Shown one piece after another: positions 51,680-60,983 of a stretch of DNA of 64,000 bases (positions within the stretch are counted from its first letter, which is position 1; each line of letters starts with the position of its first letter). Source of the DNA: a bacterium (lineage in GTDB: Bacteria; SAR324; NAC60-12); the NCBI GenBank assembly GCA_965209155.1, contig OZ242383.1:1248001-1312000 (forward strand). Direction: 5' to 3'. The notes under the pieces are model-generated. The model did not search any database and had not been told where the DNA came from. It was given only the letters and a program-made list of their open reading frames with translations. The translations under genes and the position numbers were made by a program.

Positions 51680-53675
51680 GTCGTGGTATTTCCCATTCCA
51701 GCATGGTCACGTGCTTTTTGTTCTGAATGGAAAGATTGGCAGATATTCCTCCTGAATCCTTATCCAGCCAACCGATCAGGAGAACCCGGTCGGACTGGGG
51801 AATATAATCGGAAGCGAGAGCTTTCAGCAGGATTACCATGAAATTTTGTCGAAAGTTATCGAAAAAGGAAACGGCAGGCTGAAAGGTCTCGATATTTGAG
51901 GATAAAAGCTTTGATGTCTTGCCTGTCGATTCTTGTGCGAGCAAATCATATCCTTGTATTTGGTTTTGATTCAAGCGCACGATTTTTCTTTTTCCGGAAG
52001 GTAAGTCCTCGATTGGAATCAGTCGCTCCAACAGAAAAATCCAGCATTTTTTAAAATCGAGTTCTGTTTTATTTTCGAGAACGAAGGTCCAGGTCCCCTG
52101 ATCTTGCCAGAACGTTCCCTGCAAAGGAAATTCAAAGGGTTCTCGGGTTGTTAAAACCTGGTGAGACCAGCGTCGCAAGGGGATTCCAATGACCTGTCGA
52201 TTATTTTTTTGTTCCAATGTGAAACGCTCTTCTCGAGGATTTTTAAGGAAGCTCGATTCCAGGAAGCGAATGGGTTGCGTAACGGAGGTGCTTTCCAGGT
52301 GGTAACGATTGCGGTGGAAGGAATATACCGTGACCCATTGTTGCAAATAGGCAAATGCGGAGTGTGGTTTTTTGGTGAGCAGGGTGAAGCTGCTGTGGTT
52401 GGCTTTGTCGGCTTGTTTGAAATGGTAGTAGCTCGCGCTTCCTGCAATGAAGCACAGGAGGAACACGACAAGGGGGATCATCAATTTTTGTGAGTCTTCG
52501 GAGTTTCGTATTTGGATTTGGAATATTCTGATGCCAATCACATAGAGAATCAGGATCGTAAGAATCGAAATAAATTCAGGAGAAGGGGTGGAGAGGGATT
52601 CTATCAAGGTGAGTAGAATTTGATTCTCGGGTAAGAGTAGTATCGATGGGTCCGCAGGAGGACGAAAACCCTCGAGCCACTGCCAGAAATTTAAATTTCC
52701 ACTCCAATCCTGAAACATGGAAGATTGGAAATTGAAGGCAAAAAAAATAATTTTCCCGTTGCCAAGCGATTTTTCAACCACCAAAGGGATTCGTCCTTCC
52801 TCTATAAGGATCCGGCTGTTGCGTATTCTCGTGTTCAAGATTAAAAAAGGATTTTTTGCAACGAATGGCGCATTGGAAAATGCTTCCAGCGCATTGAGCC
52901 GAGATACGCGCTGCAGTTCAATCACTTCTATGTCAATCAGACTCTTCATAGTCTCATCTTCAAAAAAACTATAATCGATTCCGCTGGTGAGCAGTAAAAA
53001 TCCACCACTCCGTACCCATTGCGCCAGTGCTTGCAATTGGACTTTACTCAAGAACTTGAGCACCCCCGTCTGCAACATCACCGTTTCGACCCCATCGAAA
53101 CCAATCCAATTGCGAGGAAGTGTTCCTGGCCGCAGAAACAAAGGTTTGATCGATTCTTTTTCAGACTCGGAACCGATCTCAGTGAAAAATTTTGAGTTAC
53201 CTCGGTCTCCTGAAACCAGAACGATTTTCTTTTCCGTGAATTGAGTTCTGAGCGATAATGTTTCTTCCCGGAGAATTTCGTCATCGTTGGAAAGTCGAAT
53301 GCGTAGGGGATGCGCAACTGTTTGTATAAAGATAAAAAAATCATAAATTCTGGTCGAATTGGGGGTTAATTCTATGTTCCTGCTATATACGGTTTCCTCG
53401 ATGTTGTTTTGAAATTCGTTGCCTGAGCGAACAATCACATCGAGGGTCCCCGTTGTCAGTTTTCCCCGGTTTTCGATACGCACTGACAGCGGTGTCCAGG
53501 TATCGACTTTGAAAATGCCATTCAGGCCCACTTCACTTTCTATGAATAACGAGGTCGCCCGTGCCTGCATGGAGAAAATACAAATTAGGGCACTGCACAA
53601 CAAGAAACGGGATTTGAGTCGTTTTATGCGTTGAGGAGAAAGCAGAAACGAGAATGATTTTTTCATCTGTTTCAA
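51636..53675 (-). CDS. Secreted/membrane protein with a GATase-like central domain
   Basis: Signal-like segment, GLNGIFKVDTWTPL, QLQALAQWVRSGGFL, two TM segments. Confidence 0.7.
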   Translation of the reverse strand: MKQMKKSFSFLLSPQRIKRLKSRFLLCSALICIFSMQARATSLFIESEVGLNGIFKVDTWTPLSVRIENRGKLTTGTLDVIVRSGNEFQNNIEETVYSRNIELTPNSTRIYDFFIFIQTVAHPLRIRLSNDDEILREETLSLRTQFTEKKIVLVSGDRGNSKFFTEIGSESEKESIKPLFLRPGTLPRNWIGFDGVETVMLQTGVLKFLSKVQLQALAQWVRSGGFLLLTSGIDYSFFEDETMKSLIDIEVIELQRVSRLNALEAFSNAPFVAKNPFLILNTRIRNSRILIEEGRIPLVVEKSLGNGKIIFFAFNFQSSMFQDWSGNLNFWQWLEGFRPPADPSILLLPENQILLTLIESLSTPSPEFISILTILILYVIGIRIFQIQIRNSEDSQKLMIPLVVFLLCFIAGSASYYHFKQADKANHSSFTLLTKKPHSAFAYLQQWVTVYSFHRNRYHLESTSVTQPIRFLESSFLKNPREERFTLEQKNNRQVIGIPLRRWSHQVLTTREPFEFPLQGTFWQDQGTWTFVLENKTELDFKKCWIFLLERLIPIEDLPSGKRKIVRLNQNQIQGYDLLAQESTGKTSKLLSSNIETFQPAVSFFDNFRQNFMVILLKALASDYIPQSDRVLLIGWLDKDSGGISANLSIQNKKHVTMLEWEIPRRDTHSDALFFRTTL

Positions 53676-54319
53676 GAGATGGAAGATCTTCCCTCCAAAT
53701 GCGAGACATCACCCCAGGAATGAAGCCTCCAGTTTCCTTCTGAGCAGGAAACTGCATTCAGACTGGTATTTCTGATATCAATTCGTTGTCGCATTTTAAA
53801 GGGGAGTTCAAAAATATAGCGAAACAAATTTGACAAAACTCCTCCGTGTGAGACAACAACCAGAGTTTGTTGCGGATGTCGCTCGGCGAGAGTTTCAAAT
53901 CCTGCGACGGAGCGTTTAAAAAACTGGCGAATGCTTTCTCCGTTTGGAATAACGAAGTCGGGATCGAACGACTGGAATTGCTCGAATTCTGCCGGATAGC
54001 GTTCCAATAGCTGTGCTGTTTTGAGTCCTTCAAAAATGCCCAGATTTTTTTCACGCAAGAATGACTCCGTGGAAATCAAATGCCCCGTCGATTGCGCAAT
54101 CGATTGCGCGGTTTGCCAGGCTCTCCCCAAGTCGCTGCTGTAAAGATGGTCAAATTCCATTGTTTTCATGCGATTACCCAATGCAACAATTTCTTGACGC
54201 CCTCTCTCCGTCAGGGGACTGTCTCGATGTCCTTGCCAGATTTCTTGAGCGTTCCACTCTGTTTGACCATGACGTATGAAAATCAAGCGGGTCGGTCCCC
54301 CATCATCCTTTTCTTTCAT
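53672..54319 (-). CDS. Histidine phosphatase (PGM-like)
   Basis: RHGQTEWN, SSDLGRA, GES, VSHGG. Confidence 0.92.
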   Translation of the reverse strand: MKEKDDGGPTRLIFIRHGQTEWNAQEIWQGHRDSPLTERGRQEIVALGNRMKTMEFDHLYSSDLGRAWQTAQSIAQSTGHLISTESFLREKNLGIFEGLKTAQLLERYPAEFEQFQSFDPDFVIPNGESIRQFFKRSVAGFETLAERHPQQTLVVVSHGGVLSNLFRYIFELPFKMRQRIDIRNTSLNAVSCSEGNWRLHSWGDVSHLEGRSSIS

Positions 54320-54859
54320 TTCTCCAATACCACTTCGATGCCTTGTGAAAAAAACTGTAATGTTCGGGCAGGGGAAAGAAGCTCTGTTCACACTCGCAAA
54401 TACAGATACTGCTCATTCTCATAATTTGAAAAAAAGAATCGATATATACTGAATCAATTATAATTTTCAATGGTGACGTATCAGGTAATGCCTACAATAT
54501 AGTGAGATTGTCACCCCATACCAGTTTAATATAAGTGCTGTCTATTTTCTTCCGTAGATGCATGAGAAAAAATTAAGTATTGCCTTTTCCGGCTTTTTTC
54601 ACGCATATTGTAAATTAATCAGTAAATCTTTTGTTCCAATATTCCGGCATTGTAATGCCTGTTCATTCGTCAAATACTATATATTCAATAAGGGTGAATT
54701 CTTATAATATGTTTTAAAAATCATACCTGTATTGAATGAGAGACACCAGAGGAAACTATTTGAAAACGTCTTTAGCACGATGATGCTTGGCAAGGCTTCC
54801 CCATCATCTGACTATCAATCTGAGCGCCGGATCTCTCAATTGTCCTGTTTTGCCGGACT

Positions 54860-55477
54860 TTGAAAATGACGCCTTTCCCAACACTGAAAACCGATCGTCT
54901 CACCCTGCGCTTACCTGAAATTAGGGAGGCTGCCGACATTTTGGCATTTTGCAGGAAAAATGAAGACCATTTACTGCCTTGGGAACCCCTGAAAGAAGAA
55001 GATTATTATACCATACGCTTTTGGAGAAGAACGATCCAACAAGTACGCCAAGAATTTCAAGAAGATAAATCAATGCGGTTGAATATTTACGAATCATCCA
55101 CAAGAAAATTAATAGGGATGATCAATTTCACGCATTTTGAGCGTGGCGCATTTCAATCGTGTCGCTTGGGGTACAAGATCGATCGGAATTATGAAGGAAA
55201 AGGGATGATGTTCGAATCGTTGGAAGCAGGAATTCAGTATGTATTCAATCCATTGAATTTTCATCGTATCGAAGCAAGCTACATTCCCCGCAATAAAAGG
55301 AGCGCCAGCGTCTTGAAACGTCTGGGTTTTCAAATCACCGGCAAGGAAGAAAATTATCTCCGGATCAACGGAAGATGGGAATGTCATATTTTGACCAGCT
55401 TACTCAATCCCGAATGGAAAGCAATCCCTGCCAACATACGTCCTCTCGCGTTCCTGGGGCGCAAACCCTATAACTGA
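54860..55477 (+). CDS. rimJ: RimJ/RimL family GNAT acetyltransferase
   Basis: HLLPWEP, RGAFQSCRLGY, HRIEASYIPRN.RS, YLRING.W. Confidence 0.85.
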   Translation: MKMTPFPTLKTDRLTLRLPEIREAADILAFCRKNEDHLLPWEPLKEEDYYTIRFWRRTIQQVRQEFQEDKSMRLNIYESSTRKLIGMINFTHFERGAFQSCRLGYKIDRNYEGKGMMFESLEAGIQYVFNPLNFHRIEASYIPRNKRSASVLKRLGFQITGKEENYLRINGRWECHILTSLLNPEWKAIPANIRPLAFLGRKPYN

Positions 55478-55701
55478 TGTCAAGTGAACAAGTTTTGCAT
55501 CAGGAGTTCCATTTTTTGCAGATCGCTAATGGATCATTTATTGAACGACAAACCCAGTTGGAAATGGCTACCCCTCCAGGATTGGTTTCCAATCATGCCT
55601 CTGTGCCTCTTGACACCTAACATGAATTTTTAAAAAGAAATTATATTGATCAATCGAAAAGCTCATGCTAATGATCATGTATAAATGGATTGCGTAATGC
55701 C

Positions 55702-56781
55702 ATGAATTTTATATTGGAAGTCAATACAACCATTTGGATAACTTGGATAGGGATCGCCTTGTGCCTGACCCAGTCGGCAATGTTTTCTGGTCTTAATCTG
55801 GGCATTCTCGGTATTAATCGTCTCCGTCTCGAGTCGGAAGCAGAAGCTGGCAATCCTCATGCCGCCGTTGTTTTAGAGTTGCGCAGGGATTTCAATCTGT
55901 TACTCACTACTTTGCTTTGGGGAAACGTGAGTATCAACGTATTGTTGACGTTGTTGTCCGATTCGGTGATGGCAGGCGTGAGCGCATTTCTTTTTTCATC
56001 AGTTGGAATCACTTTTTTCGGAGAAATCCTGCCACAAGCGTATTTTACGCGCAATGCACTCAGACTTGGCTCCTACTTAGCGCCATTGGTGCGGATTTAC
56101 GAATATTTGTTATGGCCCGTTGCCAAGCCTTCTGCCATGTTTCTGGACTGGTGGTTGGGGCCGGAGGGTATCCAGTATATCCGTGAAAGCAGCTTCAAGC
56201 AGTTTTTAAAAAAACACGTCCATGCGGAAGAATCCGATATTGGCAGACTTGAAGGATTGGGGGCATTGAATTTTTTATACCTGGATGATCTTAAAATGAC
56301 CCAGGAAGGCGAAACCGTTCATCCCCAAAGTGTGATAGCATTGCCTTTGAATAGCGACTTACCCCGCTTTCCCAGGTTTATGCGGGACCCGGCCGACCCT
56401 TTCTTGCAGCGTGTTTACGCATCCCATAAAAAATGGGTTATCCTCACGGGTCCCGAAGGCTTGCCAAAATTGGTGCTGAATGCCGGAGCTTTTTTAAAAG
56501 ATGTCTTGTATCAAAAAAAAGAAGAGTTTGATCCCTATCGCTACTGTCATCTTCCGCTTGTGGTAGTTGACCCGCATATCACTTTGGGACAGGTCATTCA
56601 GAATTTCAAGGTCAGTCCGGAACATGCGGAAGACGATGTGATCGACAAAGATCTGATTCTCTTTTGGGGGGAGGAAAAACGGATCATCACAGGGGCTGAT
56701 TTGCTGGGTCGACTATTGCGGGGAATCGTATCCCAAGAACCCCCAACCGATAAATTCGCCGGGTTAAAGCGAGCCAAATAA
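55702..56781 (+). CDS. DUF21/CNNM domain membrane protein
   Basis: SAMFSGLNLG, LLTTLLWGNV, FGEILPQA. Confidence 0.85.
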   Translation: MNFILEVNTTIWITWIGIALCLTQSAMFSGLNLGILGINRLRLESEAEAGNPHAAVVLELRRDFNLLLTTLLWGNVSINVLLTLLSDSVMAGVSAFLFSSVGITFFGEILPQAYFTRNALRLGSYLAPLVRIYEYLLWPVAKPSAMFLDWWLGPEGIQYIRESSFKQFLKKHVHAEESDIGRLEGLGALNFLYLDDLKMTQEGETVHPQSVIALPLNSDLPRFPRFMRDPADPFLQRVYASHKKWVILTGPEGLPKLVLNAGAFLKDVLYQKKEEFDPYRYCHLPLVVVDPHITLGQVIQNFKVSPEHAEDDVIDKDLILFWGEEKRIITGADLLGRLLRGIVSQEPPTDKFAGLKRAK

Positions 56782-56813
56782 AAACATCGAATGCAGGGGA
56801 TTGCTATGAATCT

Positions 56814-57524
56814 TCATTCGAGAGGCATTCCTTTCAAATACAATTGCCTTTCTTGTTCAGGAAATCTTTCAATGGCGTAACGTAACATCGTACGGGGCAT
56901 GTTCCGGTAGTGCTTTTTCAGGAAGGATTTTTCAACCGCGCGATTTCGTTTGCCAATCTCTCTGAGCATCCAGCCCACCGCTTTGTGAATCAGTTCTTCT
57001 CTGTCATCGATCAATAAGTCCGCGATCTTGAGCCCATCGTCGAATTCGTTTTTTCGGATCCAGTATAACGTCGCCATCATTGCAATCCTGCGCTCCCATA
57101 GATTTTCGGATTGCGCCAGATCATAGAGGATCCCCCTGTCTTTTTGGTCAAGATAAGGACCGACGATATGATGTGCCGAACTGTCCACCAGATCCCAATT
57201 GTTGATGTATGGAATATGCTGCAGGTACAGGTGATAGATGGCGGTTTTCTCCTTAAAATCTCCCTTTTTGAATTGTTCAACAAATAGCAATAAAGCGAGC
57301 AGTCGTTCTTCATGAAAAGGAGAATGGAGCAGTTGTATGACTTCGTGTTGTGGAGTGTTTTTAAATTTTTTAACCTGCGATCTCAGCACGGGGACACGGA
57401 TACCAAGAAATCGATCACCCTCGCCGTACTCCCCTTTTCCGGTTTTAAAAAAACGCTGTGAATGCTCTGCGATTGAAGGGTTCGCGAGTCCCTTCAGTAT
57501 ATTCGATATTGTTTTTGCAGTCAT
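56814..57524 (-). CDS. DNA alkylation repair protein (AlkD-like)
   Basis: FFKTGKGEYGEGD, NNWDLVD, KAVGWMLREIGK, MPRTMLRYAIE. Confidence 0.9.
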   Translation of the reverse strand: MTAKTISNILKGLANPSIAEHSQRFFKTGKGEYGEGDRFLGIRVPVLRSQVKKFKNTPQHEVIQLLHSPFHEERLLALLLFVEQFKKGDFKEKTAIYHLYLQHIPYINNWDLVDSSAHHIVGPYLDQKDRGILYDLAQSENLWERRIAMMATLYWIRKNEFDDGLKIADLLIDDREELIHKAVGWMLREIGKRNRAVEKSFLKKHYRNMPRTMLRYAIERFPEQERQLYLKGMPLE

Positions 57525-57569
57525 AATGGAACAGATTATAGAACTGAAGTAGAACAGGCCAGGGGCATA

Positions 57570-58406
57570 TCAACTGGGATCAGAGGAATGCTCTTGAACG
57601 TTCAGCTGGGTGATGAGGTACGTCACCTTGCAATATTCACACACCACCTCAACCGTATCTTCTCCAGGTGGGAATATTTCTGTCTTTCCGTTATCGGCAA
57701 ATTTTTTGACGTTGTCGACCATCTGTTCTTGTGAGCATCCACATTTGAATTGTACGGATTTATTGGCCAGGTACTGAAATCCGATGTTTTCAAATTCTTC
57801 CCGGAGGCTTACGTTGTCCGATAACCCTTTTGCCATGATTTTTTGTAAGGGTGCATGACACAGGTTATAAGCTTGTGCAAGGTCTGATGGATTTTCTTTG
57901 TCTGCCAAAGGTAGTTGGTGCAGCATGAAACTCTGATCACTTTGACTGGAAATACCTATCCGGCTGTTGACTTGATAGGATTGGGCCAGCACGTGGTTGA
58001 TGATTTCGTTTTCATCGACATCCCGCACTTCCAAAGTGGATTGATAGGGTCTTTCCGAATATGGGAAAAATTTGACGAGTCGTACTTGTCCCTGGATGGA
58101 AGCGGGCAAGGATTGGAGTTCGTTCGGGTATAACATCCCCCGCATCAGACCTGCTGCATTCATTTCGATTTTAAGACGAAAATAAGGGGTTTCGGAATCA
58201 ATATAAAAACAAAAATGTTCACCCTGTTTCAGCAATCCGAGCATCAGTTGGATGCTGAGCACTGCGGATCGAAAATAGGAAATACCGGCTTCTCGTAATC
58301 TGTGAGTCAGGACCAGGTCGTGGATCAATTTTTGACCTTCCAGAAAATAGAGAGCAAACTTGCGATCTTTGTCAATAAACGTAAACAATTGACTGTCATT
58401 GAGCAT
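57570..58406 (-). CDS. hslO: Hsp33 family redox chaperone (divergent)
   Basis: C-terminal FKCGCS...VVCEYC zinc motif; QSYQV. Confidence 0.75.
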   Translation of the reverse strand: MLNDSQLFTFIDKDRKFALYFLEGQKLIHDLVLTHRLREAGISYFRSAVLSIQLMLGLLKQGEHFCFYIDSETPYFRLKIEMNAAGLMRGMLYPNELQSLPASIQGQVRLVKFFPYSERPYQSTLEVRDVDENEIINHVLAQSYQVNSRIGISSQSDQSFMLHQLPLADKENPSDLAQAYNLCHAPLQKIMAKGLSDNVSLREEFENIGFQYLANKSVQFKCGCSQEQMVDNVKKFADNGKTEIFPPGEDTVEVVCEYCKVTYLITQLNVQEHSSDPS

Positions 58407-58427
58407 CGGTACCCTCCTGCGTGTCTG

Positions 58428-58958
58428 TTATCTGGCAAGCGCATGGACGTGATGCTCTAGTTCAAAGACATGGTCATCCACGATTCCTAAGGAACGCAAA
58501 CTGTCAGCCAGCTTTACCAGGTAGTCGGCATTGGGACCACTCGGTCCACGTGAGTGAAAAATTTGCAGGGCCATCTCGGTTGTCGCAGCCGGTCCCAGGT
58601 AATTGGGATTATCGCGCTGAGCCACATAAACGATGACTTGAATTGCAGGGAGCGAGTTCGTCGGATGAAAGGTCTCATCGTAACGCTCAAATCCTCCTTT
58701 TTCACGAGAGTCGAGGTACGAAAAAACAGATTCGGCGACATTTTCAGTTATTTGATAGGCAATTCCCCAGCAAGTGGCGCCGGGTTCGGCAATCAGGGTG
58801 ACAACCCGCCCCGGCGTTTTGGGTGTGCCGCGATGATCGATCGATCCCTGGTAGAAACGACGGGACCATCCTTGAACGTACCCCAACTGTCGATTATTGA
58901 AGGTAAAGCCGGGATTCCAGATCAAAGATCCATATCCGAAAATCCAAACATCTGCCAT
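58428..58958 (-). CDS. chaC: ChaC-like gamma-glutamylcyclotransferase
   Basis: WIFGYGSLIW, RRFYQGSIDHRGT..PGRVVTL, GPSGPN..Y. Confidence 0.92.
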   Translation of the reverse strand: MADVWIFGYGSLIWNPGFTFNNRQLGYVQGWSRRFYQGSIDHRGTPKTPGRVVTLIAEPGATCWGIAYQITENVAESVFSYLDSREKGGFERYDETFHPTNSLPAIQVIVYVAQRDNPNYLGPAATTEMALQIFHSRGPSGPNADYLVKLADSLRSLGIVDDHVFELEHHVHALAR

Positions 58959-59015
58959 GGTTTCTTCCTCTAAATCATGGTGAGGAAACGGATGCTCTGG
59001 TGCTTCCGAGATTTT

Positions 59016-59600
59016 TCAACGACCCCATGAATCAGGAGCGTAACGGGTGATAAAATTTTGATACTGCGGACGGCTCTTGAAAGGAATACGACTTGTTGGA
59101 GTTCCTGTATAGATAAAACCAACAATACGGTCTTTATTTTCGAGCCCAAGCTCTTGTTTGACCATCGGATCATAGGCATTTACGCCAGTTAGCATAATAG
59201 ATCCAAATTTCATGGCATTGAGCGCCATCATAATATTATGGGCGGCAATTCCGGCAGAAACGACTTGTTCCACCACGGGCACATTAGAGACGTCTTCTTG
59301 AACAATGGCGCAAACCGCAATGATCATCGGAGAACGCAAAGGCTTGGAACGTGCGGCTTCTATGACCTCTTCGGCAGCATCCGGTTCACGGCGCTTTGTG
59401 GCTTCAGCAAACGCATCGCCTAATTTTTTGCGTGCCTCTCCTTCGATGATGATAAAGCGCCAAGGTCTCAGGCTACCGTGATCCGGTGCCGTTACGGCTG
59501 CCTGGAATATTTCGGCAAGCTGCTCCTCAGAAGGAACAGGAGGTCCCAGGTGTTTCGCCGACATCGATTGGCGTGATTGCAAAAAATTCAATATTTCCAT
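59016..59600 (-). CDS. Nitroreductase family protein (YdjA-like)
   Basis: SRQS, APDHGSLRPWRF, IVGFIYTGT; start placed at MEILNF. Confidence 0.9.
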   Translation of the reverse strand: MEILNFLQSRQSMSAKHLGPPVPSEEQLAEIFQAAVTAPDHGSLRPWRFIIIEGEARKKLGDAFAEATKRREPDAAEEVIEAARSKPLRSPMIIAVCAIVQEDVSNVPVVEQVVSAGIAAHNIMMALNAMKFGSIMLTGVNAYDPMVKQELGLENKDRIVGFIYTGTPTSRIPFKSRPQYQNFITRYAPDSWGR

Positions 59601-59886
59601 AAAATCCCTTGTGTTGCATACAACGGTTTGTAGTAAGAGTAGTAATAGTCGGATTTTCCGGAGAGACTCTCCTGAATCCATGACAGTAATCATATCCAAA
59701 AAGCTCCAAGGAGTAAAGGGAGAAACCATTGAGCAGGATGGATTCCCTGGTCAATGAATGCATGAAAGCTGATTTTTTGATCTTGTCACAACGAAATCAG
59801 AATTTCTTTTTCAGGTATGACAGTCCGCCTCCCGACTCTTTGAAAACGAAAATCAATTTCCTGCGCAGCATCCTGAAGGCAAATGC

Positions 59887-60933
59887 ATGGCGTTAAAAAA
59901 TATTGAAATCACCGGACCTTATTTCGAGGACTTCAAACGTGGGCAAATTATGGAGGAGCCACCCTCTGTAACCATCACCACGGGGCATATGGTGTTCCAT
60001 CAAAGTCTTTTTGGAGATCGACTGCGCCTGTCACTCGATAAGGTGCTTTGCCGGAAAGTGTCAGGCAGAAAAGAGTTACTGGTAAACCCCAATCTCTTCT
60101 TCAATATAGCAGTCGGACAGACTACTTTTGCTTCTCAACATGTCAAAGGCAACTTGTTCTATCGAGGACTGGTCTTCAAAAAACCAGCTTTTGTGGGGGA
60201 CACCCTGACCACGACCACAAAAGTAATGGCTCTTCGTCAAAACAAGTTAAAAAAAGGCAGACCCTCCACTGGCATGGTAGTATTGGAAATAAGAGTCGTC
60301 AACCAACATGCGGAAGAAATGCTGAGATTCTGGCGTTGTCCGATGATTGCTTGCAGGGACCCGTACATCGAAACCGGGCATACCGACTCCTTCGACGCTT
60401 TCCCTGCCGACCTGGATACAGACGCCATCATGGAAGTGCTTCCCTTGGATTGGAAACTCAGTCTGTTTCGAAAAAGCATCTCGGGGGATCATTTTGATCA
60501 AATTGCAGAAGGAACGACCTTTCGGATCCACTCTCGAGATACCGTTACGACAGCACCGGAACTAGCGCGGTTGACGCTCAACATGGCGATGACTCACACG
60601 GATGCGGAAGCCAGCCACTATAAAAAACGATTGGTGTATGGAGGTCACACGGTGGCTATGGCAGCAGCCCAAATTTCCCGCGCATTGCCCAATATGGTTA
60701 CGATTATGGCATGGAAACGTTGTGACCACACAGCACCTGTATTCGAAAATGACATCCTGCGTACAGTTGTTTCTGTTTTGAAAAAGCACCCTCTCAACGA
60801 ACTGCGGTTCACGGAGAATGGTGGTTTGGTGGAACTTCATGCTACTGTTTTTGCCAGCCGGGAGGGCGAAAATGGCAATGCCATGGAGGAGTGTAAAGTG
60901 TTGGATTGGGAACTGGTTATCTTAATGGCCTGA
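59887..60933 (+). CDS. Double-hotdog MaoC-family hydratase, mesaconyl-CoA hydratase-like
   Basis: GPYFEDF, NLFYRGL, GDTL, LNMAMTH, RLVYGGH, VLDW. Confidence 0.8.
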   Translation: MALKNIEITGPYFEDFKRGQIMEEPPSVTITTGHMVFHQSLFGDRLRLSLDKVLCRKVSGRKELLVNPNLFFNIAVGQTTFASQHVKGNLFYRGLVFKKPAFVGDTLTTTTKVMALRQNKLKKGRPSTGMVVLEIRVVNQHAEEMLRFWRCPMIACRDPYIETGHTDSFDAFPADLDTDAIMEVLPLDWKLSLFRKSISGDHFDQIAEGTTFRIHSRDTVTTAPELARLTLNMAMTHTDAEASHYKKRLVYGGHTVAMAAAQISRALPNMVTIMAWKRCDHTAPVFENDILRTVVSVLKKHPLNELRFTENGGLVELHATVFASREGENGNAMEECKVLDWELVILMA

Positions 60934-60983
60934 GCCCCTTTAACAAACGACGGATTAAAAAATCGATTTTAATTGAAAAACAT

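Noticed and set aside
54400..54860. Riboswitch/ncRNA in the AT-rich divergent intergenic region
   Set aside because: Only a weak GATGATG/CATCATC hairpin; no known aptamer consensus recognised
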